Source of the DNA: a virus
DNA: 64,000 bases
Strand: one strand, 5' to 3'
IMG/VR virus record: IMGVR_UViG_3300042505_000752
Span: 32,001-96,000 of that record
Below, piece by piece: positions 1-11,200 of this stretch. Below the pieces are notes generated by a model that worked only from the letters and a program-made list of their open reading frames with translations, did not search any database and was not told where the DNA came from. Within the stretch, counting starts at the first letter, position 1; every line of letters begins with the position of its first letter. The position numbers and the translations under genes are program-made.

Positions 1-204
1 AGCGTAGGTTCCAGCAGATGTAACGCCGTTGATGAGCGTTTCCCAAGCCGTACCAGTGTAATACTTTACAGCATCGTCGCCCGTATGAAAAAACATACGA
101 CCTTCAAATAGGTTTGTACTAGGATCAGCGCCAAGTTTTTCAAATGTACCATTTAGAATCTGATTGTTATTCAGATCTAAATTTGTAAGAAATTTTGTTG
201 CCAT
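1..204 (-). CDS. Tail fibre-type virion protein, N-terminus only (runs off the window)
   Basis: Hand translation from ATG at 204: MATKFLTNLDLNNNQILNGTFEKLGADPSTNLFEGRMFFHTGDDAVKVYTGTAWETLING...; open to the window edge, follows other tail genes. Not in the ORF track. Confidence 0.6.
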   Translation of the reverse strand, partial: MATKFLTNLDLNNNQILNGTFEKLGADPSTNLFEGRMFFHTGDDAVKYYTGTAWETLINGVTSAGTYA

Positions 205-216
205 TGAATTTATCCT

Positions 217-702
217 TTAGGTCAAATACGCATAGCCCGAAAAAGGCGCAGTAAATGATATCCGCACCTGAGATGTACTTATATATGATACTTCCCCGAT
301 AACGGTTGTAGATGCAGTATCAACTACAGTTACGCTTGGATACCCACCTAGAATGTGATTAATGGTCCATGTGGAGGACGCTGATGCCTGAGTGTGGACA
401 TGACGAGTCGTTGCACCAGGGACGAAAAATGGGGATGCAGGCCATCCTGACTCAGTTTTTGGTCCCCATAATGAACTATTTGTAGTATTTACATATATTT
501 CACCAACTCTGCCAATGTTGGAGGTTGGGTTTGTGGTCCCAGTTAGAATTCCAAGACCTTTTGACCCCGAAATACCAACTAGCGAAACAAGAACATTGGT
601 AGTTTCTTCATTTACAGAAACAAGGTTGCGTAATTGATCTGGGGCATTTTCAATATTTAATTTTGTTACTTCTTGGACTACTGAGACATTGACATCGGTC
701 AT
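217..702 (-). CDS. Minor tail / fibre-associated structural protein
   Basis: GEIYVNTTNSSLWGPK motif and C-terminal HTQASASSTWTINHILGGYPSVTVVD beta-rich module typical of phage tail accessory proteins; tail operon context. Confidence 0.6.
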   Translation of the reverse strand: MTDVNVSVVQEVTKLNIENAPDQLRNLVSVNEETTNVLVSLVGISGSKGLGILTGTTNPTSNIGRVGEIYVNTTNSSLWGPKTESGWPASPFFVPGATTRHVHTQASASSTWTINHILGGYPSVTVVDTASTTVIGEVSYISTSQVRISFTAPFSGYAYLT

Positions 703-1046
703 CTAGTGACCTCTAATTCAAGTTTTATTTTACCTTTTAGTATACGGAATACCCTGCCTTGCGCGTCAATGATTTCAATGTCATATACGCCATCCGAGGT
801 CATGACAGCGGTATTTGCGGCAAGGATAACCAGAGTAATTGTTCCCGCAACACCACCAAGTGTAATTCCACCATTTTCAGTAGTTAACGATCTGACGACA
901 GTACTAGAGTCAATTTCTGTTCTAATTTGCATACGAGCGGTAAAACCCGTCAAATCATATATTGAATCATCAGAGTTAGTTATGGTTACAACACGCTCAA
1001 AATGAGCGCCCTGGTCAATTGTAAAGTTATAATTGCCAGCAAGCAC
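699..1046 (-). CDS. Tail/baseplate accessory protein (BppU-N / LtfC-like Ig fold)
   Basis: YNFTIDQGAHF...YDLTGFTARMQIR...GVYDIEI...RILKGKI pattern; GTG start at 1046 preferred over the track start 1064. Confidence 0.6.
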   Translation of the reverse strand: MLAGNYNFTIDQGAHFERVVTITNSDDSIYDLTGFTARMQIRTEIDSSTVVRSLTTENGGITLGGVAGTITLVILAANTAVMTSDGVYDIEIIDAQGRVFRILKGKIKLELEVTR

Positions 1047-1113
1047 ACTAAACCTCCAAAACAATGGCTACAACTAATTCTAGCCCTAAATGCGACAGTT
1101 TTATAGCATATAA

Positions 1114-1149
1114 GCAAACGGAGCGGTCAGGAGGGTACCGCTCCGTTGC
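1114..1149 (-). terminator. Stem-loop, probable terminator downstream of 1169..1435
   Basis: Perfect 11-bp inverted repeat AACGGAGCGGT (1117-1127) / ACCGCTCCGTT (1137-1147); the U-tract is weak. Confidence 0.5.
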
Positions 1150-1168
1150 TCTCCTTGTCGGGAGGACC

Positions 1169-1435
1169 CTAATCTTCGTCAGAATCTTCGTCTAGGTCAT
1201 CATTATCGCTATAAAAGAATGATGCATCTAATTCCCTAGTCATCATAATTTCCTTGGCGCAATCAAGCATCCCCGCCCCAAGCCAAGTAGTCATCCCATC
1301 GGATGTGCCAAGGTGAAGGTCGCGAGAATCATTATCAAGCACTTCGGCAATAATGATCCAGTTTGTGATCATTTGCTCTGGGAATGCCTCAGATATTAGA
1401 CCCTGTAGATCTTTATCATCGTAAGGATTTCCCAT
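1169..1435 (-). CDS. Small acidic hypothetical protein
   Basis: Clean 88-aa ORF with its own TGCTAAAAT -10-like element upstream (1442-1450). Confidence 0.6.
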   Translation of the reverse strand: MGNPYDDKDLQGLISEAFPEQMITNWIIIAEVLDNDSRDLHLGTSDGMTTWLGAGMLDCAKEIMMTRELDASFFYSDNDDLDEDSDED

Positions 1436-1523
1436 TTATATATTTTAGCAGTCAAATGAGACTCAAGACTTATGATGCCTCATGCCACATATCCCACCAC
1501 AAATATCATTTACTGTGACTAAG

Positions 1524-1748
1524 TTAAGGCATGTCTGGGAATTCAACAGTGTAGGCTGGTGTCCATGTTTCGGGGAAGTCTCGCAAGGCTTGACGATAAT
1601 TACCCCAAGCAGTCTTATTAGTTGGGGTGTCTGGAATCATCGCCCAGTCGGAGGTAACCAAAAGTGCGTCACGGCGTAGCCTCATTCGTTCTATCAACCA
1701 TTCGTCGGGTGCTTCAGTTTCGTGGGGTGCTAATAGGTTCATGTTCAT
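1524..1748 (-). CDS. Tail fibre assembly chaperone (Phage_tail_APC-like)
   Basis: RRDALLVTSDW..PDTP...W..YRQALRD.P signature; ATG at 1748 overlaps the upstream stop (ATGA). Confidence 0.8.
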   Translation of the reverse strand: MNMNLLAPHETEAPDEWLIERMRLRRDALLVTSDWAMIPDTPTNKTAWGNYRQALRDFPETWTPAYTVEFPDMP

Positions 1749-2317
1749 GCCGCCTGATAATACATTGACCAAAAAATGATGTCGGTACTTGCCCATGTAA
1801 ATGGAATTGAATTTGTGATTGGCGATGCTGAAAGATAACTACCTGTCAATGATTGAGAGGCTAACGACGCTATACCTGAAAAGCCCTCAATGTTGCGAAT
1901 CAACCCGACATAATTGACTGAGGCACTCACATCGCGCATATTAACAAAACCGCTATATGTTCCACTAGTGCTTGAAAAGGACGCGTCGCACCCAACGGGC
2001 AAAGTAACTTGTAAACCTGAAGTGTTGATTGATGTTCCTGGTCCCCATACGACACGCCCCCAATAATGCACAAAATCGTTGACACGACAATACTCGGCAG
2101 TCACTACTCCGTCACCAAGTGTCAGACCTGACGGGAAGGTTGGCGTGAACGAAAGGTAATTACCGATCACCGTATTGCCGATTCTTACTTTCGCCTCAAG
2201 TGCCTCAACTGCGTCGTTTAGGTCAGAGTGAGACAATGAATGAGACGGTGAAGTCAATAGGCTTGAAGCCGTTGGATTCGTGAAAGTATCTAAAGATGTG
2301 GGGAATGTGCTAGCCAT
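1745..2317 (-). CDS. Short tail fibre / receptor-binding-type protein
   Basis: MASTFPTSLDTFTNP..H...H..LNDAVEALEAK N-terminus, YCRVNDFVHYWGRV beta-rich C-terminus; followed by the chaperone gene. Confidence 0.6.
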   Translation of the reverse strand: MASTFPTSLDTFTNPTASSLLTSPSHSLSHSDLNDAVEALEAKVRIGNTVIGNYLSFTPTFPSGLTLGDGVVTAEYCRVNDFVHYWGRVVWGPGTSINTSGLQVTLPVGCDASFSSTSGTYSGFVNMRDVSASVNYVGLIRNIEGFSGIASLASQSLTGSYLSASPITNSIPFTWASTDIIFWSMYYQAA

Positions 2318-2356
2318 TATCTAGTCCTTTTATCCATGCTGTTTTAAAATATTATT

Positions 2357-3613
2357 TTATAGAAGTGTATCATTATAAGTGCCATCTGCATCGTCGTATA
2401 TGTTTGGCGATTCATATGTTGATACTACCGTATGGACATATGTGTAACCCATTGGTCGCGATAATTCGGCAGCACCCAAAACTGATGCGTCTGAACCTAA
2501 GCCAGTTGGAGTTTCGGAATCAAGGGTTTGAATAGTTATGACCCATGGGGAGGCAATTGGGTCTAATAGTATATTTACTGTCTTGGATGCGCTAAGTACA
2601 GTTTGTACTGAAGCAATAATTGCATCTCTAGTACCAGCATTATGCCCTGTTCTTGCAGTAGTAATCTGATTCCGTCGTCCCTGAACATAGTTACTATCTA
2701 CGGGGTTGTATAGTTCAATTTCCTGCCAGATGGTGGTGTCGTCGTTGTCTCCAGCGTCATCTATCGCATTGATAAATGTTGTCCATGTCTGGGGAAAGTT
2801 CCCCCAAGGAGTAGTTCCTCCAGTTGTTTGACTTAATTTAACTCCAACAATTTGAGCAAGCCATGGCAAAAAGTGATCTGAGGCTACTTGAGGCTCAACA
2901 AGATAACTTTTAGTAGAGTCATCATCGGGGTCATATCCAGAGGCTATGTCTAAATATGGGAAAGAATCTAATTGGTCTACCCCTTTTCCTGCATAGGCAA
3001 GACCAATATCCATAATCCTCATTAACGGGAAATTAGGGAAAGTTTGTTCAGAGTCTTTTTCTATAAAAAATGCTGGCATTCTTTGCATGCACATTCGTAA
3101 AAAAAGATTATTTCTTATTGCGTAGATGTTTGTTAATACTGGATGCCCTAAATAAATAGCAGCCTGATTATGATTAGTAATTTCTATTTTTACTGTAAAT
3201 TTAGTTGTACCTTCTGTTGGTTGTACTTTAACTTCTGGACCGCGAATAACTCCCCATGTCAAAGCATTTAAAATTGTAGTAATAGATTGACTTTCACCAT
3301 ACGATGAGGTGATTGTAACAACTACTGTAACTTTAGATTCACAGTAAATGTGACCGTAAAATGTCACATAGTCATTACTGTATACTGACGGTAAAGATAC
3401 ATTACTTCTCGTTAATGTGACAACATTGAGTGAAGAAGGGACAGTTTTTAGCGTGTGATACTGGTCAAAAAATCTAAAAGAAAAATCAACACTTGACGAA
3501 CCACCGATAGTTGTCCATGAGCCGACGCTTGTGTCAAAATAACAATCTTCTACACTCAAAAAGTTTGTACAGTTAGCACTTAGGTTTTCAATAGCCTCTA
3601 AACTTGTAGCCAT
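2357..3613 (-). CDS. Baseplate wedge protein (P2 gpI-like) with N-terminal carbohydrate-binding-like domain
   Basis: FLPWLAQIVGV motif and downstream AGTRDAIIASV; directly after the baseplate J-like gene. Confidence 0.65.
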   Translation of the reverse strand: MATSLEAIENLSANCTNFLSVEDCYFDTSVGSWTTIGGSSSVDFSFRFFDQYHTLKTVPSSLNVVTLTRSNVSLPSVYSNDYVTFYGHIYCESKVTVVVTITSSYGESQSITTILNALTWGVIRGPEVKVQPTEGTTKFTVKIEITNHNQAAIYLGHPVLTNIYAIRNNLFLRMCMQRMPAFFIEKDSEQTFPNFPLMRIMDIGLAYAGKGVDQLDSFPYLDIASGYDPDDDSTKSYLVEPQVASDHFLPWLAQIVGVKLSQTTGGTTPWGNFPQTWTTFINAIDDAGDNDDTTIWQEIELYNPVDSNYVQGRRNQITTARTGHNAGTRDAIIASVQTVLSASKTVNILLDPIASPWVITIQTLDSETPTGLGSDASVLGAAELSRPMGYTYVHTVVSTYESPNIYDDADGTYNDTLL

Positions 3614-3614
3614 A

Positions 3615-5120
3615 TTAAATACTACTTACCGTTACTGAAGATACTGGTAAAGTTCCTTTATAAACAAAAACAGCATTACCAGATCCATCAATAGATGCTA
3701 GTTCTGTACTATTTGCATTAACGGTCATTGTAAATGAGTCAACATAGTCAACGCCATCAACATTTGCAACATCTGCAATTAATTGATTTTTACGAATTTC
3801 TGTTGTAAATGGGTATTCTAGTGGTGATAAATAGTTTGTAACAAAAGCATCAACCGCAGTCCGTACATCAAGAGATGAATATCCTTCTATTACTGCAATT
3901 GAAATAGATACTGAAATGTAAGCCAAGATTACATCAGTAACATATACCGTTAATCCGCCAACGCAACGAGACCTAATATCATCAGCGACTACACCCTTTT
4001 CTTCCGCGGTCAAACTAGCGCCAGTTGAGTCAGATAAAAATACTGTAACAGCGCCAATTTGGTTAGAACTACTAAATGCAAGGGTGTCAAGAATTTCAAC
4101 TTCTGGAGAATAAGTTGGAGTAGTTAGAATTGTTGTAGCAACCCCAGAATAAACGGCATCGGCAGTAACTGTGCCACTAGTACCTGGGTCGTTGGATACT
4201 GCCCAGATTCCCTCATAGGACGCAATGTTTGTATTTGAAATTCTAATAGTGGAAGCACTGCTCATATTGGGGAGAGACGCGGTAGGGAGTGTATAAATAC
4301 TCCTACCAGTAGTTCCGTATGAAATGGCATGGTAGCCAGTTCCAGTATTAGTAAAACTTGAACGGAGTGTACCTACGCCAACAACCTTACCAAGCGAGTC
4401 TGCTTCTAATTTAATTACCCGAGTTAAGTCGTATGTAGCAACACGATAAGTATCAGAATAATTTGTCAAAATATAATCTGTTGTCTGAGATGCTGTCGCC
4501 AATGAACGACTAAGACTTCCAAGGTATGTTCGTGCACGGGAGAAGAATTCAGCATCTGTTTCGGTTGCTTTGCCTTGGGTCAAATTTCCATTAAATTCTG
4601 CATCAATTAATTTGACAATAGGACTCAAAATTGTTAAAATTGTGCCATCAGCAATAACTGGCTTCACACCCGAGGTAATTGCCTTAATTTGCGTTGAAGC
4701 AGACTGCGTATCACCAGCATCAATAGTGACTGATGCTGTGGTTTCAAAGATATGGAGAATTGACTGATCGTCAGTAATTTCTGTATACCCGACTTGAGTA
4801 CCAGCGGGAATTGTCAATCCTGAATTATCAATTGCAGAGAAAATAACAGCACCTGAAGCAAATGTTGACTCAAGGCGATAAAAGCCCATAACACGAAGCA
4901 TTCCTTCAATTAGGCTATTTGGAAGCCTATTGATTGCCCCCGTAACAACGCCTGAAACATAAGACATCGCTTGGAGCATGGCATCTTCCACTGTTCCAGT
5001 TCGTGGATTAAACTCTGGAAGCGCAATAAGAGCATATTCGCGGGCGAGGGAATATATGTCTGATGGCTGTAAGTCATTAACCGTAAGGTCAATGTATTCA
5101 CTAAAATCTGGTGATGCCAT
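3615..5120 (-). CDS. Baseplate J-like protein
   Basis: IPAGTQV, GKATETDAEFFSRARTYL, GAVTVFL, NQLIADVANVDGVDYV motifs. Confidence 0.85.
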   Translation of the reverse strand: MASPDFSEYIDLTVNDLQPSDIYSLAREYALIALPEFNPRTGTVEDAMLQAMSYVSGVVTGAINRLPNSLIEGMLRVMGFYRLESTFASGAVIFSAIDNSGLTIPAGTQVGYTEITDDQSILHIFETTASVTIDAGDTQSASTQIKAITSGVKPVIADGTILTILSPIVKLIDAEFNGNLTQGKATETDAEFFSRARTYLGSLSRSLATASQTTDYILTNYSDTYRVATYDLTRVIKLEADSLGKVVGVGTLRSSFTNTGTGYHAISYGTTGRSIYTLPTASLPNMSSASTIRISNTNIASYEGIWAVSNDPGTSGTVTADAVYSGVATTILTTPTYSPEVEILDTLAFSSSNQIGAVTVFLSDSTGASLTAEEKGVVADDIRSRCVGGLTVYVTDVILAYISVSISIAVIEGYSSLDVRTAVDAFVTNYLSPLEYPFTTEIRKNQLIADVANVDGVDYVDSFTMTVNANSTELASIDGSGNAVFVYKGTLPVSSVTVSSI

Positions 5121-5419
5121 TATGTATTCCTCTGCCTGAAGCCTAAACCGATTTCAACTACGCCTGATTCGGTTTCTGATATTTGAACATTATCAATCAT
5201 AATTTCTGGAATGAACGCTCCAGCGGTAAACGCCAAATCTCGCGTTAATGCGGCTTGAAATGTAGGGTCTTCAATTCCGTATGTTGGAGTTAATGGCAAT
5301 TCACCAGGGATAATCTGGATTGATAAAGCGAGCAATTGAGCGTAATAGTCATCTGTAAGATCTGTCAATTTTTTGACAGATCCATTATAAAATTGAATTG
5401 GAAAACGAAAAGTATCCAT
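5120..5419 (-). CDS. Baseplate wedge subunit (gp25/gpW-like)
   Basis: PGELPLTPTYGI motif, about 100 aa, upstream of baseplate J. Confidence 0.7.
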   Translation of the reverse strand: MDTFRFPIQFYNGSVKKLTDLTDDYYAQLLALSIQIIPGELPLTPTYGIEDPTFQAALTRDLAFTAGAFIPEIMIDNVQISETESGVVEIGLGFRQRNT

Positions 5420-5446
5420 ATGACTATTTTGCCATCTTTTTAGTCA

Positions 5447-5737
5447 TTAGGCAGAACCACCGTGAATTGAAGTAAAAGTATTCAATGTAATCTTACCGAT
5501 AACAACTAACTCGGATTTAGAATTATTCAAAAATGCACAGATAACGGTGTCATTTACTGACGGTATGATTCCAGCCCCAGAGACAACACAGGGACCAAAA
5601 GCGTAACCTGGCGCAACGGCACGAAGTTCAACATATACCTGCGTATCAACAACGCGCCTAACTATCCCATAATGAATCCCGCCTTGAAAAGGTACGGAAA
5701 CAGCCTTATTTCTGGCTGTAAAGTTTGGATTCTGCAT
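5447..5737 (-). CDS. Baseplate spike / gpV-like OB-fold protein
   Basis: YGIVRRVVDTQVYV...IPSVNDTVICAF...VVIG pattern and position. Confidence 0.6.
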   Translation of the reverse strand: MQNPNFTARNKAVSVPFQGGIHYGIVRRVVDTQVYVELRAVAPGYAFGPCVVSGAGIIPSVNDTVICAFLNNSKSELVVIGKITLNTFTSIHGGSA

Positions 5738-5742
5738 AGTTC

Positions 5743-7467
5743 CTACTCCTTAATGAGACCAGGGTAGTTTTGTCCAAATGATCTAGTTGAGTCATATGGT
5801 GGAATCAAAAGTTTTACAACACCTTCTTGGCGAACCGCCTTGTATATAAATGAATTCATGCCACCAGAGTAAGATTTTTTAATTTCATTGTATTTTTTTA
5901 TTTTTTCACTCTTGGTTGGCAAACCATAAATAGTACTTGCTAGTGTTTTTGCCTTGGCTTTCAAAGATTCCTTAGTTATTCCAGCAGCCTGAATCCACTG
6001 TCCATCTATGTAACTATCAATTAAAGTGTTAACCGCCGATGGATAAATCTGTTTAGGACCAAGCAAATTAGTGCCGCCACTTGCACCAGATGAATCAGTT
6101 GGACCTTTTGCTGGAGTTATAGTTGTTACACCAGAAGTAGTGGTAGAAATATACCCTTCTTTAATTTTGGCAAATGCATCAGCAGAAAGCCCTCCAGCAA
6201 CTGCGTATGTTCTCAGGGGAATACTAAACATGAATCCCCATAAAATATTCTCAGCCAAAGTCTTATCCGCGGCTGAAAGTTTTGTAGAAAAAGTTTTAAT
6301 AAGTGACTCAGCATTGGCGGGGTCGCCACCTTCAACTAAGTATTTAGCGGCTTTCATAACTGCATCTTGAATGAGATTTGCATTAGAGCCTCCGTACCTA
6401 TAATTTGCCAAAAAGTCTGTTACATACTTCTTAGAGTCGGTAGCATTAAGTTTTGAAAAATCAGTAGCAAATTTGTTTTCTTCATCAGTATCTGGACCGC
6501 CAATTCCGTTTTCGTCACCATTCCCGCCCGAGTTTGTAGTCTCTTTTTTTGTACCGTCAGTAGAGATATTTTCTTTATTTGGGTCAACTGGTGTGCGGAA
6601 CTGAACTTGGACAGGCTGAAAAGTACCCTCACTAAACTGAACATCACTAATTAAATAAAAGCCATCAAACCCATGCATCCCACCAAGAAAAATAGTCATA
6701 CCAGGCCTGAGTAAAACGCCGTTTGCCCTATCTACGGTCATTGAGCCAGAGGCAGCGCGAACATCATCATCTGAGCGACGCACTGTAGGCATGTCTAGAA
6801 GGACATATTTATCTATTGCTTCTGGAAGAAAATCAACTGTTGGTTCTGGCCAGATAAAAGGAATAAACTTTATATCGCCATAAGCAAACTTAGGGTCTCC
6901 CCATTTGCCAAGAAGCCATTTTTCCGAAGCATAAAAAAGAGTATTGTCAGATACAAAACAAACAAATTCCTGTTCGCCAGCAGCGCTTTGTAAAACACTC
7001 CAAACTGAGTCGTCAGTAGTACCGCTATTGGACTTGACCGTAGCCTGTTTTTTGGCATCTTTTTGCCCAACAAAGTTCATGTTGTATCGCAGTGCCATTC
7101 TTTGAGCAAGGTCATATCCCGAAATGCCGTTGAATGCTTCAGGTCGCTTGTCCCTTTTCATCAACTGAATAGCCTTTGAACGACAATCAAGTTGGTGCTT
7201 TGGATGTATGCCTTCACTTCTTGATGTTTCTACGGCTGCAATTTCAAAAAGCAATCCTTTATAAAAAGCATCTCGCCTAATTTGAAAATAATTAGCCTTA
7301 GCCATTCTGAAATCTGGGTCAATAACGCTTACTGAAACTTCAGATGACCCCGAAATAGTTAAAGAGATATTTAGTTCTGTTAGTGCTTGTACAATGTCCC
7401 TATTGGAAAATGTACCCAAGTCACCAAGACTGAATAAATTTATGTCAATGTTGTCAAAGTACGCCAT
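5743..7467 (-). CDS. Baseplate hub protein (gpD/XkdQ-like) with long C-terminal extension
   Basis: LLRPGMTIFLGGMHGFDGFYLISDVQF hub signature; about 270 additional residues of unknown function. Confidence 0.65.
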   Translation of the reverse strand: MAYFDNIDINLFSLGDLGTFSNRDIVQALTELNISLTISGSSEVSVSVIDPDFRMAKANYFQIRRDAFYKGLLFEIAAVETSRSEGIHPKHQLDCRSKAIQLMKRDKRPEAFNGISGYDLAQRMALRYNMNFVGQKDAKKQATVKSNSGTTDDSVWSVLQSAAGEQEFVCFVSDNTLFYASEKWLLGKWGDPKFAYGDIKFIPFIWPEPTVDFLPEAIDKYVLLDMPTVRRSDDDVRAASGSMTVDRANGVLLRPGMTIFLGGMHGFDGFYLISDVQFSEGTFQPVQVQFRTPVDPNKENISTDGTKKETTNSGGNGDENGIGGPDTDEENKFATDFSKLNATDSKKYVTDFLANYRYGGSNANLIQDAVMKAAKYLVEGGDPANAESLIKTFSTKLSAADKTLAENILWGFMFSIPLRTYAVAGGLSADAFAKIKEGYISTTTSGVTTITPAKGPTDSSGASGGTNLLGPKQIYPSAVNTLIDSYIDGQWIQAAGITKESLKAKAKTLASTIYGLPTKSEKIKKYNEIKKSYSGGMNSFIYKAVRQEGVVKLLIPPYDSTRSFGQNYPGLIKE

Positions 7468-7469
7468 TA

Positions 7470-8216
7470 TCAGGTACCAGCATCTATATTGCCTGAAATT
7501 GCCCCACCGTAACTACTACTGTCACGAACAACTGTGTAATCCAAGAAGTCAGGAACTGGGTCTGGGTTGTCTTTTTTAGGAATATTAACAGTTGTGTTGT
7601 AGGTAATTGCAGGTAAATCAGCAACAACAACACTTGGGTTGACATTCTCAACTAATGTCATATTTGCTTCAGCAGCAGTGATCTGATTCTGTTCATTTCT
7701 ACGGATAGAACTAAAATTCAAGTCAGTGATAGACCAAAAAATGTTTTTAGATGCGTCTGTCGTGCCCATCGGATTAGAAATTTGTTTATCCATGTTTGTA
7801 AAAAATACAGGACGAGCAAGGTTTGCCATGTCAAACAATAATTCCAAATCATTATCAACTGATGTAAATAAGCCATCGTTAGGAACTGCAATTAGAAACT
7901 TGATAGACAACTGTCTTGACCTAAATCTACTGAATGCAACAATCGGCATTTTACCAGGACGAGAAATTTCCTGTAACTCTGGTCCAATATTTCCATATTG
8001 AATTTGCTGTGGAGTAAAAGGGAAAGTAAATGAAAGCATTGGTTGATTTTCATTACTTCTTGTTGCATGCATGGTAACGGGAACGGCATTTGCTGTATTC
8101 GTATAAAGAGTTTCAGTTAATGAAAGTCTGTCACGAACAAACCTCTTAACAGTCGTTGAAATAAAACGACGAGAATTGCTAGGTATAATAGATCGTAGGT
8201 CACTATTGGTTGCCAT
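7470..8216 (-). CDS. Tail tube initiator / contractile-system tube-like protein
   Basis: FTFPFTPQQIQY...ISRPGKMP motif; between tape measure and hub. Confidence 0.6.
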   Translation of the reverse strand: MATNSDLRSIIPSNSRRFISTTVKRFVRDRLSLTETLYTNTANAVPVTMHATRSNENQPMLSFTFPFTPQQIQYGNIGPELQEISRPGKMPIVAFSRFRSRQLSIKFLIAVPNDGLFTSVDNDLELLFDMANLARPVFFTNMDKQISNPMGTTDASKNIFWSITDLNFSSIRRNEQNQITAAEANMTLVENVNPSVVVADLPAITYNTTVNIPKKDNPDPVPDFLDYTVVRDSSSYGGAISGNIDAGT

Positions 8217-8218
8217 AT

Positions 8219-11200
8219 TTAGTATCTTTCATTCCTTGAACGCTGAGCGCGCTCAATTTGATACATAACTTCTGAAGCCAGAGCATTGACATCCATATTT
8301 GGAGTGGCATTGATGACTAGATTAACCGTAGAGTTACTGCTTGAGGATGGAGCCATGATTGGAGCACCCATGTACGGAGTAGCCGTATCGCCAACAGGAC
8401 CATTTCCTGGTACGACATGAAGATGGCGGGCACTGCCATTGCCGTGGAATTCTGCAAATCCGCCAGCCTTATTGATTGCCTGACCGTATAGTCCAAGGTT
8501 TTGGCCAACGAGGTCATAGGCTCGTCCAGCGGCGTGATCTGAAGACATAGAGCCAAGAGCATTAGTTCTAAAGCCTGATGTCACTGTACGATTTCCTGCA
8601 ATCTGAGCATCAAATGCGGAGTGCTTACCCATTGTGTTGAGCATATTTCGGCGTGGGCTTGCTGTATCTCCGCCAAGTTCGTCAATAATCATTTGAGCGG
8701 CTGTATCAAACTTTCCTACCGCAGTAGTGAATGTGTCTCCAGAGTCGGTCCACTCAACCATGCCAAGTTGAAGTCCTTCAATTGTGCTTCGTAATTTTTC
8801 TTCATTCGTTGCTTGAAGAGTCAGAGTATTTGCAAATTCAGTATCTTTAAATGCCAATGCTACCTGTTCGTCGGCGGTTAAAGTACTCCCTGGCATAGCA
8901 CCATAAGGCGTAGCGGTTGTTGTTGGTACAAGGAATTCGCCAGAAGTTATCTTGCTAATTATTTCCATATATGCGCCCATGCCCTTTTCGGAAAGGACGC
9001 TATTCAGCATTGCTGTTATATCTTCAACACTTCCAGCCTGCATTCCAACACCAGCAAGACCAGAAACAAGGTTTTCGGCAGCGGCACCAGAAACTGCACC
9101 ACCCATTCCTCCAGTACCAAAGAAAGCATCCACGAGTGCTTGACCTTCGCCTTGGAATAATGAGCCACCAAGACCAGCCAAGACACCAGGTACTGCCTTG
9201 CCATCTTTTAAGCCTGTTGTGGTAAATTGTTTAGCACCTTCAAAACCAATATTGTTATATAAAGTCTGAAATGCCTTAAGTGGGTCTCCACCAGAAGCAA
9301 TTAGTTGTTCTTGTGCTAATGCTTCAAGAAGTGCTGCTTGATCTTCTGTTGTGACCGTACCAGCCAATGCTTTTTCACGGAAGGACCGAGTTACCTCATT
9401 GGCAACCTTGGGAGCATTAAGAATTTCTAAAGTTTTTCTAATGTTACTAACAGCCTCTGAATATGCATCTGTTAGGTAATTTTTTAAGTCATCGCCAAAA
9501 CGCATGGTTGCGATACCAGTAGCGGCAAGAACATCCTGAAGACTTAGAAGTCCATTGCCCAATGAAATCTCTGCGGAGTTTGCTAGTTTTGTAATTTCCT
9601 CGCTTGTCAAACCACTAATTTTACCCAAGTCTGCAAAGCGAGATTCCATCAACTTGAGTCCGCCCTCAAGTGATGCTCTTTGTTCATTCCACTTTTTTGT
9701 TGCTTCTTTAAGTGCGGTGCCACTCTTTATCTGTAGATCAGCCATTTTCTGAGCGTTTGAACCAAATTGATCAAATGCTTTTCGGGCTGTAGCAACATTA
9801 TTCTCGCTCAGAGCAGTATTTATGATCCCCGAATATGCTGTAACAAACTTTTGAGCGGCTTGCTTTGCTTCTTTTTTATACTTGGAATCCTTCATGAATC
9901 CAGTGTATGCACCAACAAGAGAACCAAGAACCGCACCGACTGCAGCGCCGATTGCAGTTCCAAATACTGGGACAATTGAACCAATAGCCGCACCAGTCAA
10001 TGCGCCACCAAGAGCGCCAGTAGTAGCGCCAGTTGCGGTAGCAAGATACCTATTCCCACCAGTCTTTCTGTAGGCATAATCTGATACTTCACTAGCGGCT
10101 GATTGGGTAAGTACTGCCCCACCAACACCAATAGCACCAACGGCACCCATTTTACCAGCAGACATGCCACCGATACCTTTAGGTAACATGCCTGCTAATT
10201 GCAAGCCCGCCGCGCCACCAATAATTGTTCCGCTCACTGAGTCTTTAATAATGTCAGGAGTGTCTCCCATTAAGTAGTTTGCACCAATTCCAGCACCAAT
10301 ACCTATACCGAGTTTGGAAGTAAGCATATTCTTTGCATGCTTTCCTATAAATCCTCTAGCACCTTTTGCCTTCTTTCCGTCCCCAAGTAAAAACATTGGA
10401 GCAGCGGCGGCAAGAAGTCCTAAAGATCCTCCAAACCCTCTTCCTGAAAGACCCTTAATCATAGAACTAACACCACCAACAATTGTTGAGATAATGTTTG
10501 CAAAAATCGTAAGAGTTGGAAGTGCTTCCATAAAAGCAATACGAATAGCACTGAATAACTCAAAAATCTTGGAAATTAGTTTTTCAATAGAGTCACCAAA
10601 CTTTAAAAAACTACTTTCGTTTTTTACAATACTTTCTCCAAATGTTTCAAAGTTCTTCTTAAGACCACTACCAAGCGCCTTGATAATTCCACCAAGGAAC
10701 TTATTAATAATTTTACTAGCAGCACTAAATCTTTGCAGATACGCAGTAAAAGAACCAAAGGCTGATTTTACCTTATCCCAGAATGATGAAAAGCCTTTAA
10801 AGAAACCTTGAGACTTAGGAACATAATCCTGCATCAACTGAACTAAGAATCTTGAAACTGTATCTATACCCTTGACAACATTGTCTAAAAGTCCGCCTTT
10901 TGCGTAGTCGGCAAGGAGAGGACTAATTGCGGTAAAGGTCCGAACCATGATGCGTCGGATTTCTTCAAACGCAACTTGAACGGGTTGAATAAATTGAGCA
11001 CCAAGGTCGCCAAACATGACCTGCATTTGAGTAATAAAGGATTTGAACTGACCCAAGAGTGATCCTTGGACTGCTTGAGAAGCACCAGAGATGCCAGCCT
11101 TTTGCGCAAATTCACCAGACGAGAACATCTTAATGAGTTCTGCACTTGTCATCTTTCCGCCAGCAATCATCTCCTTGTAAGTCTTTTCAAACTCAGGACC

